The notes below the pieces were generated by a model. It was given only the letters and a program-made list of their open reading frames with translations, ran no database searches and had not been told where the DNA came from. A stretch of 48,786 bases of DNA from positions 1 through 48,786 of the forward strand of contig DCKW01000050.1 of the NCBI GenBank assembly GCA_002320485.1. The letters run 5' to 3'. Below are positions 25,444-33,297 of this stretch, piece by piece; the first letter of the stretch is position 1; the number at the start of each line of letters is the position of its first letter. The DNA is from Micavibrio sp. UBA1664. Its GTDB lineage: Bacteria > Pseudomonadota > Alphaproteobacteria > Micavibrionales > UBA1664. A program made the translations under genes and the position numbers.

Positions 25444-26478
25444 TTATAAGTCAGGGTCGGCTTGTGAAAGTTGCATGCACGCTTTAATGGCCCGCTCAAT
25501 ATGACCGATTTCAACATATGGCACAAAACCTTGGCGGTCCCCCTGCTTCATGCGCTTACATATATTACAAAGTTCCTCATAATGTCCTAGACAGGCTTTA
25601 GCAGCAAGGATACTAATTGCCCAATTGCCCGGCATTGATAGCGGTAACTCGCTAACCTCTTGCAACTCTGCTTTCATATCACGCTGCTGCAATTGCTTAA
25701 AAACATTTTCGAAATCCGAGCGAACATCCGATAATTTTATATCTTCTGCCTCTAGAGTGGCGTCAATCATCACTATTTTTAAAGGGAAAAATTTTTCTTT
25801 TTCATCATTAATTATACTGACTGCTTCCAAATACCGTGCAGGAATAACATTTTCGCCCCAATATAAGGTCATTTTGTTTGATGATTTCCTTATACGCGGG
25901 GAGATTTCAAACACCTTGTCATCTTGCGAAAGAGTGGCAAAACGTGACCCGCCATCAGGATCACGGTGTAACATCCACCCCTTCTCTTTTAAAAAATTGA
26001 ATACATCTTTGTTTGTTATGGTTTCCTCAAAGCGATCGTTAAGCTGGCTAAGCAATTTCTTAATATCTTTGGGGAGTCGTAAGGGCATACTACCCGTTTC
26101 ACTGACATTCCAAAACCCAACTTTTTCTTTAAGCGCGGCATCAAGCGTTGCCCTCAACGCCTCCTCAGCGACTGACCATGAAAATTGCAGGTAAATGGCA
26201 TGTTTTCCAATAACATATTCGGTAATACATGCCTCGTCCAAATCATCATCCTCATGCATATTGATTGCCGTATCGATCCCTCCGTCAATATGATTCATGG
26301 GCGGATATGTTTTCGATAACCAGGTATAGAATTTTTTTAAAGGAACTGTCGTTTGCGTTAATGATGAATAATCATTTTCCGTTTCATCCCACTGCACGAA
26401 TCTTTTATACCATTCTAAAAATTCGGCATCATCAGAGGGCGTATACTGAGGGTCGAAAACCAGTAAATCAAAGCTCAT
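25444..26478 (-). CDS. hypothetical protein (344 aa), no recognisable family
   Basis: It is the longest ORF in this interval, with ordinary amino-acid composition. The antisense 189-aa ORF is Ser-rich and low-complexity. Confidence 0.5.
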   Translation of the reverse strand: MSFDLLVFDPQYTPSDDAEFLEWYKRFVQWDETENDYSSLTQTTVPLKKFYTWLSKTYPPMNHIDGGIDTAINMHEDDDLDEACITEYVIGKHAIYLQFSWSVAEEALRATLDAALKEKVGFWNVSETGSMPLRLPKDIKKLLSQLNDRFEETITNKDVFNFLKEKGWMLHRDPDGGSRFATLSQDDKVFEISPRIRKSSNKMTLYWGENVIPARYLEAVSIINDEKEKFFPLKIVMIDATLEAEDIKLSDVRSDFENVFKQLQQRDMKAELQEVSELPLSMPGNWAISILAAKACLGHYEELCNICKRMKQGDRQGFVPYVEIGHIERAIKACMQLSQADPDL

Positions 26479-26566
26479 TTTGTTACTCTCTTGGCTATAT
26501 AGTGATAATTATACCGCTAAAATTATTGTTTATTTATGGATTATAACTCTTTAGAGTAGCCTTGTT

Positions 26567-26926
26567 TTGAAAAAACTATCGCACAGCATTATTTTAATCG
26601 CATTTTTCCTGCAGACTTTAATCCCTGTGGGATTTATGCCCGTTTTTGCAAGCGACGGTACAACCATTACAATCTGTTCCGGAATTACCGGCGAACCCAA
26701 ACAAATACAGCTTGATGATGCTCCTGCCGACAACCATGAAGATAAAAGCGTTTCATATTGCTCCTATTTTGGCATAGGCACTTATACGTGCGTATCAACG
26801 TCTGTTTTGGTAAAGCTTGATCCATCATACGTACTCTCAAATACAGGTATAAGCGAAATATTTATTCAGCAATCTGTTTATCTATCTAACCAATCAAGAG
26901 GGCCTCCGCATTTTTCTCTGACTTAA
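26567..26926 (+). CDS. secreted small protein, DUF2946-like (tentative)
   Basis: TTG start. The N-terminal hydrophobic segment followed by LIPVGFMP.....TITICSG resembles the DUF2946 pattern seen next to metal-uptake genes. Assignment is from memory only. Confidence 0.35.
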   Translation: MKKLSHSIILIAFFLQTLIPVGFMPVFASDGTTITICSGITGEPKQIQLDDAPADNHEDKSVSYCSYFGIGTYTCVSTSVLVKLDPSYVLSNTGISEIFIQQSVYLSNQSRGPPHFSLT

Positions 26927-26961
26927 AAATATTCAATTAAATTTTATTACGGAGAAATATT

Positions 26962-27732
26962 ATGTGTAGATGGCACAAACTAGCGGCGAAAGAGGCTGCA
27001 ACCAATCCTCATACAGGCGAATTCAATGTCGGTCATTATGCCGTGGCATTAACCGCCATGAGCCAATTCAGAGTAGAGCAGGATAAATGGGGACTTCCTC
27101 AATTATTTGCAATTGACGGGTTTAATCCGGAGGAAATTTTACCTGCCGACAAAATGCAGGCCTTTGAACAATCAGGTTTGAACAAGCCCGTTCATGATGC
27201 CCAGCGCGATTTACAAATCAACATTGCCATCATGCGTCATGCATTGGAGGAAACAGGATTCATGCATGACATGTCGGTCGACGCATTGAACATTCAGGAT
27301 CGCATTACAAAAGATGGTTATAAAAAGACATGTTGCGCAACGCCCAATCCGCGGGATAACGGTCCGTTTCTGGATGCCGCAGTTGTCTATCTTGTTAAAG
27401 GATATGATGATGCCGAAAGATCGTATGCCAGTAAGGATTTAACACTTGTGTCCTCGCATGAGCTTGAGACCATGACTAGCGACACCACTGTTTCCGCAGA
27501 CGACCGCAAACACCTCCCGCTGCTTCACGGTATTCGCAATGCTGTTGAATCCTTCTTGGAGCAACCGGGCGTACCCAAGGCTCTTGAACAGGCATTTGCA
27601 AACACAATACCTGTAATTTTTCAAATGGCGGAAAGTGATTTAAAAGCAGGGCGCGCCCTTACCGGTAAAAGCGATTGTATTATGTGCGAAGGCACAAAAG
27701 GCCGCCAACCTAACGCGTTCAAGTTAGGATAA
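26962..27732 (+). CDS. hypothetical Cys-containing protein (256 aa)
   Basis: ATG with a GGAG RBS. It contains a CC pair (KKTCCATPNP) and a C-terminal CIMC. No family recognised. Confidence 0.5.
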   Translation: MCRWHKLAAKEAATNPHTGEFNVGHYAVALTAMSQFRVEQDKWGLPQLFAIDGFNPEEILPADKMQAFEQSGLNKPVHDAQRDLQINIAIMRHALEETGFMHDMSVDALNIQDRITKDGYKKTCCATPNPRDNGPFLDAAVVYLVKGYDDAERSYASKDLTLVSSHELETMTSDTTVSADDRKHLPLLHGIRNAVESFLEQPGVPKALEQAFANTIPVIFQMAESDLKAGRALTGKSDCIMCEGTKGRQPNAFKLG

Positions 27733-27735
27733 ATC

Positions 27736-28131
27736 ATGGCCAAAGAGACTATAACCAGAAGCCCGTTAGTCGCGGGCTTCATGGCCGTTGCAATAGGATT
27801 GCAATCACCTGCGGGTCATGATGCCGTTTATCAGGGCTTATTACGTATTAGGTTTGCACCCCAATGGATCGTAGCCATGCGCCAGACAGGCGAACCGATG
27901 CGTTTTGAAACCTTCAAAAACAGTGATATGTTACAATTCTGGATATACGATCCAAATCCTGATGTTTTTCTAAATAACATGCGTTTGCTAAATGAAGATT
28001 TTTCATTTTGTTTGCCCTTTGTAAATAACACTGAAGACCAGCCAAAGGTGCCTCAAAATTTCTTTGCCTGCCATGCGCCTGCATTACGCGAGGAAAAACA
28101 AAAAAATAGAATGCGGCTTGCATTTAATTAA
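27736..28131 (+). CDS. hypothetical protein (131 aa)
   Basis: It starts 3 nt after the preceding stop, so it is tightly coupled. No family recognised. Confidence 0.45.
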   Translation: MAKETITRSPLVAGFMAVAIGLQSPAGHDAVYQGLLRIRFAPQWIVAMRQTGEPMRFETFKNSDMLQFWIYDPNPDVFLNNMRLLNEDFSFCLPFVNNTEDQPKVPQNFFACHAPALREEKQKNRMRLAFN

Positions 28132-28151
28132 CTGTGATATTATAACATAAC
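28129..28151. promoter_or_regulatory. Zur-box-like palindrome
   Basis: TAACTGTGATA-T-TATAACATAAC compared with GAAATGTTATA-N-TATAACATTTC matches at 17 of 22 specified positions. It ends 20 nt before the ATG at 28172 (RBS AAGGAG at 28159-64). Confidence 0.5.
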
Positions 28152-28171
28152 AAAAATAAGGAGAAAAATTT

Positions 28172-29149
28172 ATGAGAATTGCATTTTGCGGAAAAGGCGG
28201 AAGCGGAAAATCAACTGTGTCATCATTGATGGCAAAATATCTGGCATCAATGAATAAGGATGTTTTGGTCGTTGATGGCGATATTAATCAACATCTGGGT
28301 CAGGCGCTGGGATTTTCAGACGATGCGCTAAAAGAGCAACCCAAATTAGGCATGTCCCCGGAGGTTTTAAAAGAATTTGTAAAGGGCACAAACCCCCGCA
28401 TTCCTGATGCATCTTATATTACGGAATCGTGCCCTGCAGGACGTGGTTCAGGATTAATTCATTTTAATGAAACCAACCCGGTTTTCGATCATTACCAGCT
28501 ACAACAGGACGGCATCCGCTTCATGGCAATCGGCGGCCATGATGATAGTGATATCGGCACCACCTGTTATCACAAATTTACGGGAATTTTTGGTGTATTT
28601 CTAAATCATCTTATAGATGGCCAAAACCAATATCTGATCGGTGATATGTGTGCGGGCGCAGATCCGTTCGCATCATCAGGTTTGGCCTCGCGTTTTGATG
28701 CGGTTTTTCTGGTTGTTGAACCGACCGTGAAATCCACCAGTGTTTACAAACAATGCCGTGAGTATGCGGATATGTTTGACACAAAATTGTTTGTTATCGG
28801 CAACAAAATTGAAAATAAATCCGATATTCATTACATCCGTGAAAAAGTTGGTGACGATTTGATTGCTTGCCTATCCAAATCGGACTTTGTTCGTGATTTT
28901 GAAAAAGGTATCGCAAGACCGCTATCGGAATTAGAGACCGAAAACAAAGACGTGCTTGACCTGATCTTACAAAAGACGGATAGCCTGAAAAAAGATTGGA
29001 ATAAATATCAGGAAATCGGCATGCGTTTTCATAAATCCGCCGCCGAAGGCTGGGGAAATGCGATGTACGGAATTGATATGATGGGATTTGTTGACCCTGA
29101 ATTTTCTTACGAAGATGTCATCCAATCTAAATCAAAGAAGGCCGCTTAA
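28172..29149 (+). CDS. CooC/MinD/ParA-class P-loop ATPase (putative metallochaperone-type)
   Basis: Deviant Walker A is CGKGGSGKST, followed by VVDGDINQHL and a Walker B-like YLIGDMCAG. It has a CooC-like layout with C-Y-H (28565-28573) where CooC carries its C-x-C metal site (aligned by eye). Confidence 0.7.
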   Translation: MRIAFCGKGGSGKSTVSSLMAKYLASMNKDVLVVDGDINQHLGQALGFSDDALKEQPKLGMSPEVLKEFVKGTNPRIPDASYITESCPAGRGSGLIHFNETNPVFDHYQLQQDGIRFMAIGGHDDSDIGTTCYHKFTGIFGVFLNHLIDGQNQYLIGDMCAGADPFASSGLASRFDAVFLVVEPTVKSTSVYKQCREYADMFDTKLFVIGNKIENKSDIHYIREKVGDDLIACLSKSDFVRDFEKGIARPLSELETENKDVLDLILQKTDSLKKDWNKYQEIGMRFHKSAAEGWGNAMYGIDMMGFVDPEFSYEDVIQSKSKKAA

Positions 29150-29157
29150 GCGGCCTT
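29138..29157. terminator. hairpin between convergent genes (stop codon in loop)
   Basis: AAGGCCGC-ttaa-GCGGCCTT is a perfect 8-bp stem. The flanking T-run is weak. Confidence 0.55.
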
Positions 29158-29158
29158 T

Positions 29159-29863
29159 CTATTTATAAGCACTGCAAATATCAAGCTGTGTGTAATTCTC
29201 GTAGTGAATGGGCATACTCTTAACGTCAATATTTTTGAAACCAACGGCCTTTATCGCATTTTCCATCATTTCAGCTGTTGGTGATAAAGTTCCTTCAATC
29301 TTATATTGTTGCATTTCAATAATGTCGTCTGTTTCCCTGTCGTAAGGGCTAGAGACACTTAGGAAAAGGCCGTTTTCTTTTGTAAAATCATAAGCAGTTT
29401 GCATTGCGATTAATAATTCGTCATAGCTATCAACAACGGGTAACGACTCATTCGCCATCACGATATCATATTGCTTATCAGGCTTATCTTTCAAAAAATC
29501 AAAAACTTTTACTACATCTAGTTTTTCAATAAGCTGCTTCTCAATGAGTTCTGGTGATGCCGTTATAATATTATTGTCATACAAATAATTTATAAAAACA
29601 GGATACTTTTTAAGTAGATCACCTGTTTGCCAATTATTGATTGTATTTTTGAATAACTGAATAGCTTCTGAGCTAAGATCATAACAGGAATAGCTTTCAA
29701 CACGTTCTATATAACCCATCGCCCAATAATGTCCAATTGCGTGCGATCCTAGATCGCATACAGTTCCATGATCAATGCGTTTAATAACATGCTTGATTAC
29801 ATCAGCAAAATATACCGGCATGTTTTCTTCGCTAAACGCAAATTTTTCATATTCTTCATGCAT
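29159..29863 (-). CDS. class I SAM-dependent methyltransferase, NNMT/PNMT/TEMT-like
   Basis: The motif I region is GTVCDLGSHAIGHYW. The acidic post-I residue is in SCYDLS. YDIVMANESL and GLFLSVS follow the NNMT-like order. Family call is from memory. Confidence 0.55.
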   Translation of the reverse strand: MHEEYEKFAFSEENMPVYFADVIKHVIKRIDHGTVCDLGSHAIGHYWAMGYIERVESYSCYDLSSEAIQLFKNTINNWQTGDLLKKYPVFINYLYDNNIITASPELIEKQLIEKLDVVKVFDFLKDKPDKQYDIVMANESLPVVDSYDELLIAMQTAYDFTKENGLFLSVSSPYDRETDDIIEMQQYKIEGTLSPTAEMMENAIKAVGFKNIDVKSMPIHYENYTQLDICSAYK

Positions 29864-29890
29864 AATAAGCCTTTTTTGAACTTTACAAAT

Positions 29891-29913
29891 AAAATGTTAT
29901 GTTGTAACAGTAT
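29891..29913. promoter_or_regulatory. Zur-box-like palindrome in the divergent promoter region
   Basis: AAAATGTTATG-T-TGTAACAGTAT compared with GAAATGTTATA-N-TATAACATTTC matches at 16 of 22 specified positions. It ends 23 nt upstream of the ATG at 29937. Confidence 0.45.
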
Positions 29914-29936
29914 CGTTATACAGGAAAATTAGTATA

Positions 29937-31391
29937 ATGAACGCTAAAATTAAAAAAACATCAAAAAATAACTTACAATCTGTGCCCTATCGGTTGCATC
30001 CCAAGATGCATCCTATGATAAGGGAGGTTATGGAACAAAAAGATTTTATTTTTTATTTGATGAAGAAATACGGATCACCTTTAAATCTGATTTTTCCGCA
30101 AATATTTCGCGAAAAATATGAATTATTCGATCAAATGCTGAGGGGTGAACATCTCAATTATCGCCTTTATTACACGTGCAAACCTAATCGTTCCAATGCC
30201 CTTTTGCGCGAGGCTGCCGAATTAGGCGCCTATGTTGATGTTAGCTCGCACGGTGAATTTCAGGCAGCGTTGCAAGTCGGAATTGAGCCTGAGAAAATCT
30301 CAGCGACAGGCCCAAAAAATAAAGTCTATATGGATATTATTATCGAGAATCAATCCATGTGTGTAATTGATAACTGGCATGAACTAGAATACATTTCAAC
30401 CTATGCCCGATTAGGGCAACCTGTAATGGTGCGTTTATCAAAACCATTAATAAACAGTGCCGTATCCGATGATACTTTTGGCCTGCCCTACAATGAATTA
30501 AACCAAATAATTCAAACAATTAAGAACACTGCTACATTGGATTTTTATGGTTTTGCAGTTCATTACAATTACCGAACAGAAATAAATGTCGCACATATCG
30601 AAACTGTCGTGTCAGCAACCTTGCAAGCCTTTGAAGGCGGCTTGTCGCCAAAGGCTGTAAATATTGGTGGTGGGTATCTGGTTCGGTATGTTGATTGTAA
30701 AGATGACTGGAATGATTTTATAAATCACATAAAAGGGTCTTTAAAGGGTAACAATGAGCCGGTTACATGGGATGGGAACGGAATGGGGTTTCGTTTGCAA
30801 AACGGTACTGTTATTGGAACGGAAGGCTTTATGAATCATTGCGAGCCCGTGACATGCGAAAACCATCTTGAGAAAGTGTTGTACAGCACATTAGAGTGTT
30901 TGGACGGCACATCCCTATTAGATTTTATAAGAGATAGTGGTTTGGAAATATATGTTGAACCTGGACGTGCCTTAATGGATCAATGCGGCGTTACACTTGC
31001 CAATGTTGAATTTACCAAAAAATCATCCAAAGGGAACCTACTGGTTAATCTGGATATGCATTACGCCAATTTAAATGCACACACTTTTAAATATATGGCA
31101 GAACCTGTTTTAATCCATCGCAATGATAATCTGCCTCCCAATCAAGAAGGTGTATATTATTACGGCTCGCTGTGTTTTGCATCTGACCTGATTACCTTTC
31201 ACAAAACATTTCCCGATTATTTGCCTGAGAATGGCGATATTGCCGCCTTCATCAATACCGCCGCTTATCGCATGGATTTTACCGAATCTGAAATGCTGCG
31301 TCATCCCAACGCCGTCAAGATATGCATCACGCAAAATGACAATCAGTGGATGGAAATAACCGACAATGATTACAAAAAGGATCAATCATGA
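29937..31391 (+). CDS. type III (alanine-racemase-fold) PLP-dependent decarboxylase, Orn/DAP/Arg decarboxylase family
   Basis: YGSPLNLIF and the PLP-lysine context YYTCKPN (consensus YAxKAN) are present. Also DVSSHGEF, GGGY and EPGRALMDQCG. Confidence 0.8.
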   Translation: MNAKIKKTSKNNLQSVPYRLHPKMHPMIREVMEQKDFIFYLMKKYGSPLNLIFPQIFREKYELFDQMLRGEHLNYRLYYTCKPNRSNALLREAAELGAYVDVSSHGEFQAALQVGIEPEKISATGPKNKVYMDIIIENQSMCVIDNWHELEYISTYARLGQPVMVRLSKPLINSAVSDDTFGLPYNELNQIIQTIKNTATLDFYGFAVHYNYRTEINVAHIETVVSATLQAFEGGLSPKAVNIGGGYLVRYVDCKDDWNDFINHIKGSLKGNNEPVTWDGNGMGFRLQNGTVIGTEGFMNHCEPVTCENHLEKVLYSTLECLDGTSLLDFIRDSGLEIYVEPGRALMDQCGVTLANVEFTKKSSKGNLLVNLDMHYANLNAHTFKYMAEPVLIHRNDNLPPNQEGVYYYGSLCFASDLITFHKTFPDYLPENGDIAAFINTAAYRMDFTESEMLRHPNAVKICITQNDNQWMEITDNDYKKDQS

Positions 31392-32689
31392 TTGTTGAGA
31401 AAATAACCGATCTCATCGGCAATACACCGATATTGAAAATCGCATCAGATGTGCATGGCTTGCCGAATATCAATCTATACGCAAAACTGGAAATGATGAA
31501 TCCGTTCGGATCTGTTAAAGACCGTATTGCGTGGGAAATGCTCAAAGATGACTTGGGTGATATTGTTGCAAATAATAAATTGATTGTAGAAAATTCAAGT
31601 GGCAATACCTCTAAAGCAATGCAAGCCATAGCAGGAATATATGGTGTGAATTTTAAATTAATGTCTGCTATTGCAAAAGTTCCTGAGCCTATAGACATCA
31701 TGCGCATAATGGGTGCCGATATTGAGGAGTTAACGCAAGCCGGATCCGATTGTTTTGACCCGAACGACCCGAACGATCCGCAATATCTTATTGAGAAATT
31801 TATTGAGCAATCCGAAAGACAGGTTTTTTTCACTTCTCAGTTTACCAACGAAAAAAACTTAAAAGCTCATAGAGAAACGACCGCACCGGAAATTTTAAAT
31901 GATCTTGACTGCGTTGATTGGTTTGTAGGCGGCCTTGGAACGACCGGGTCATCCCGTGGCATAATCGAAACCATTAAGACACGCGACGCCCATATGAAAG
32001 CTATTGGAGTTTGTGGTGCCGCAGGTGAATTAATTCCAGGTATACGCGCTAGCGAACAATTGGTTGAAGCGGGCTTTTATGAACGGAAAATTTATGATGA
32101 AATGATTACACTTTATGCTAAAACAGCCGTTGATAATATGTTGGAATTAAATCATAAAAGCGGATTACTTTGCGGGCCGTCCACTGGCGCGCAATATGCC
32201 GCCATCAAACACTATTTCACTGACAACCCTGTATCGACCGAAACCAATGTGGTCTTCCTCGCCTGTGACCGAATGGAATGGTATATTTCCTACATCAAAA
32301 AATATCGCCCTGATATTTTCGGTTTGAAGGATAATACATCCGTCATGGCATATTTCATTAACAAACAACAAGCCAGTCAATGCCAGATAGCACCGGACGT
32401 TATAAATAAATGGATTGATCAGGAGCAACCTTTTATCGTTGATATGCGCACACCTGCATCACTGAAAATTTTGAGCTTTGAAGGGGCGATCAATATCCCT
32501 GAAAAAACGTTGGAAGATATGATTGAAAAACAGCAGCCTTTCCCTAAAGGGAAGAAGGTTTTATTCATCTGCGCGGTGGGACAGAAATCTTTAAAAATTG
32601 CGTCTTACCTTCGCGATAAAGATGTAGATGCATACTCTCTGGAGGGCGGTGTTGTGGCTTATCAAGATAATAAAAGGCGCGTGGCCTGA
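31388..32689 (+). CDS. cysteine synthase/SbnA-like PLP enzyme fused to a C-terminal rhodanese domain
   Basis: PALP fold motifs: GNTPILKI, KLEMMNPFGSVKDR (PLP Lys), SSGNT, GTTGS. The C-terminal ~95 aa form a rhodanese domain (IVDMRTP...GAINIP...VLFICAVGQKSLKIASYL..EGG) that retains the active-site Cys. Confidence 0.8.
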   Translation: MIVEKITDLIGNTPILKIASDVHGLPNINLYAKLEMMNPFGSVKDRIAWEMLKDDLGDIVANNKLIVENSSGNTSKAMQAIAGIYGVNFKLMSAIAKVPEPIDIMRIMGADIEELTQAGSDCFDPNDPNDPQYLIEKFIEQSERQVFFTSQFTNEKNLKAHRETTAPEILNDLDCVDWFVGGLGTTGSSRGIIETIKTRDAHMKAIGVCGAAGELIPGIRASEQLVEAGFYERKIYDEMITLYAKTAVDNMLELNHKSGLLCGPSTGAQYAAIKHYFTDNPVSTETNVVFLACDRMEWYISYIKKYRPDIFGLKDNTSVMAYFINKQQASQCQIAPDVINKWIDQEQPFIVDMRTPASLKILSFEGAINIPEKTLEDMIEKQQPFPKGKKVLFICAVGQKSLKIASYLRDKDVDAYSLEGGVVAYQDNKRRVA

Positions 32690-33297
32690 TGCTTACCCTT
32701 GGTGCCATCCAATATGAAATCGGCGGCAAAACTATATTGAATGATGTGTCTTTGTCGTTGGGGGGAAATGATCGCCTTCTCATTCATGGACCGTCAGGAT
32801 GCGGGAAATCGACGCTCATGCATATTATGGCGGGTTTATTAAAACCCACATCAGGAACAGTTGCTTTCAAAGGTCAGGAATATGGCGATTTGACAGGTGT
32901 GCAACTTGATACATTACGTGGCAATAACTTCGGTTTCGTATTTCAAAAAATGCACCTTATCAGCCATTTAACGGCCCGGCAGAACATTGCGCTTGCCGGG
33001 TCTCCGGACAGGGAGATTGCTCAAGATCTCGGCATTGTCAATCTTATGCACCAAAGGACATCATCTTTAAGTGTGGGGGAAAGTCAGCGTGTGGCGATTG
33101 CACGTGCGGTTGCCAATAATCCCTCCATTATTTTTGCCGATGAGCCGACCTCCGCACTTGATGCATATAATGCCGATAAGGTCATGACCATGCTTTTTGC
33201 CCAAGCTGAAAAACATGGCAGCGCCCTTGTGGTGACCAGCCATGATGAGCGCATTCAGGCTCGCTTTGATAATACATTGGGCCTAAATCATGAATAA
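32689..33297 (+). CDS. ABC transporter ATP-binding protein (MacB/LolD-type)
   Basis: Walker A is GPSGCGKST. Signature is LSVGESQR. Walker B is IIFADEPTSALD. The H-loop is TSHD. Confidence 0.9.
   Translation: MLTLGAIQYEIGGKTILNDVSLSLGGNDRLLIHGPSGCGKSTLMHIMAGLLKPTSGTVAFKGQEYGDLTGVQLDTLRGNNFGFVFQKMHLISHLTARQNIALAGSPDREIAQDLGIVNLMHQRTSSLSVGESQRVAIARAVANNPSIIFADEPTSALDAYNADKVMTMLFAQAEKHGSALVVTSHDERIQARFDNTLGLNHE

Noticed and set aside
25625-26194. 189-aa plus-strand ORF inside the 344-aa hypothetical gene.
   Set aside because: It is Ser-rich and low in complexity, shorter than the opposite-strand ORF, and has no RBS. I kept the minus-strand 344-aa call, but at only moderate confidence.
26479-26566. 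GTGATAATTATAC upstream of the DUF2946-like gene as a Fur or Zur box.
   Set aside because: Only one half-site resembles GATAAT, with no convincing dyad partner. It is much weaker than the sites at 28129 and 29891.
31327-31833. 168-aa minus-strand ORF. Other antisense ORFs lie within the two hybrid kinases (for example 19771-20241, 22828-23277, 8702-9055), dnaN (44951-45388), the ligase (18405-18791), zntB (2517-2888) and the FNT gene (11-391).
   Set aside because: All lie opposite strongly motif-supported genes, lack recognisable motifs or an RBS, and have skewed composition. I treat them as shadow ORFs.
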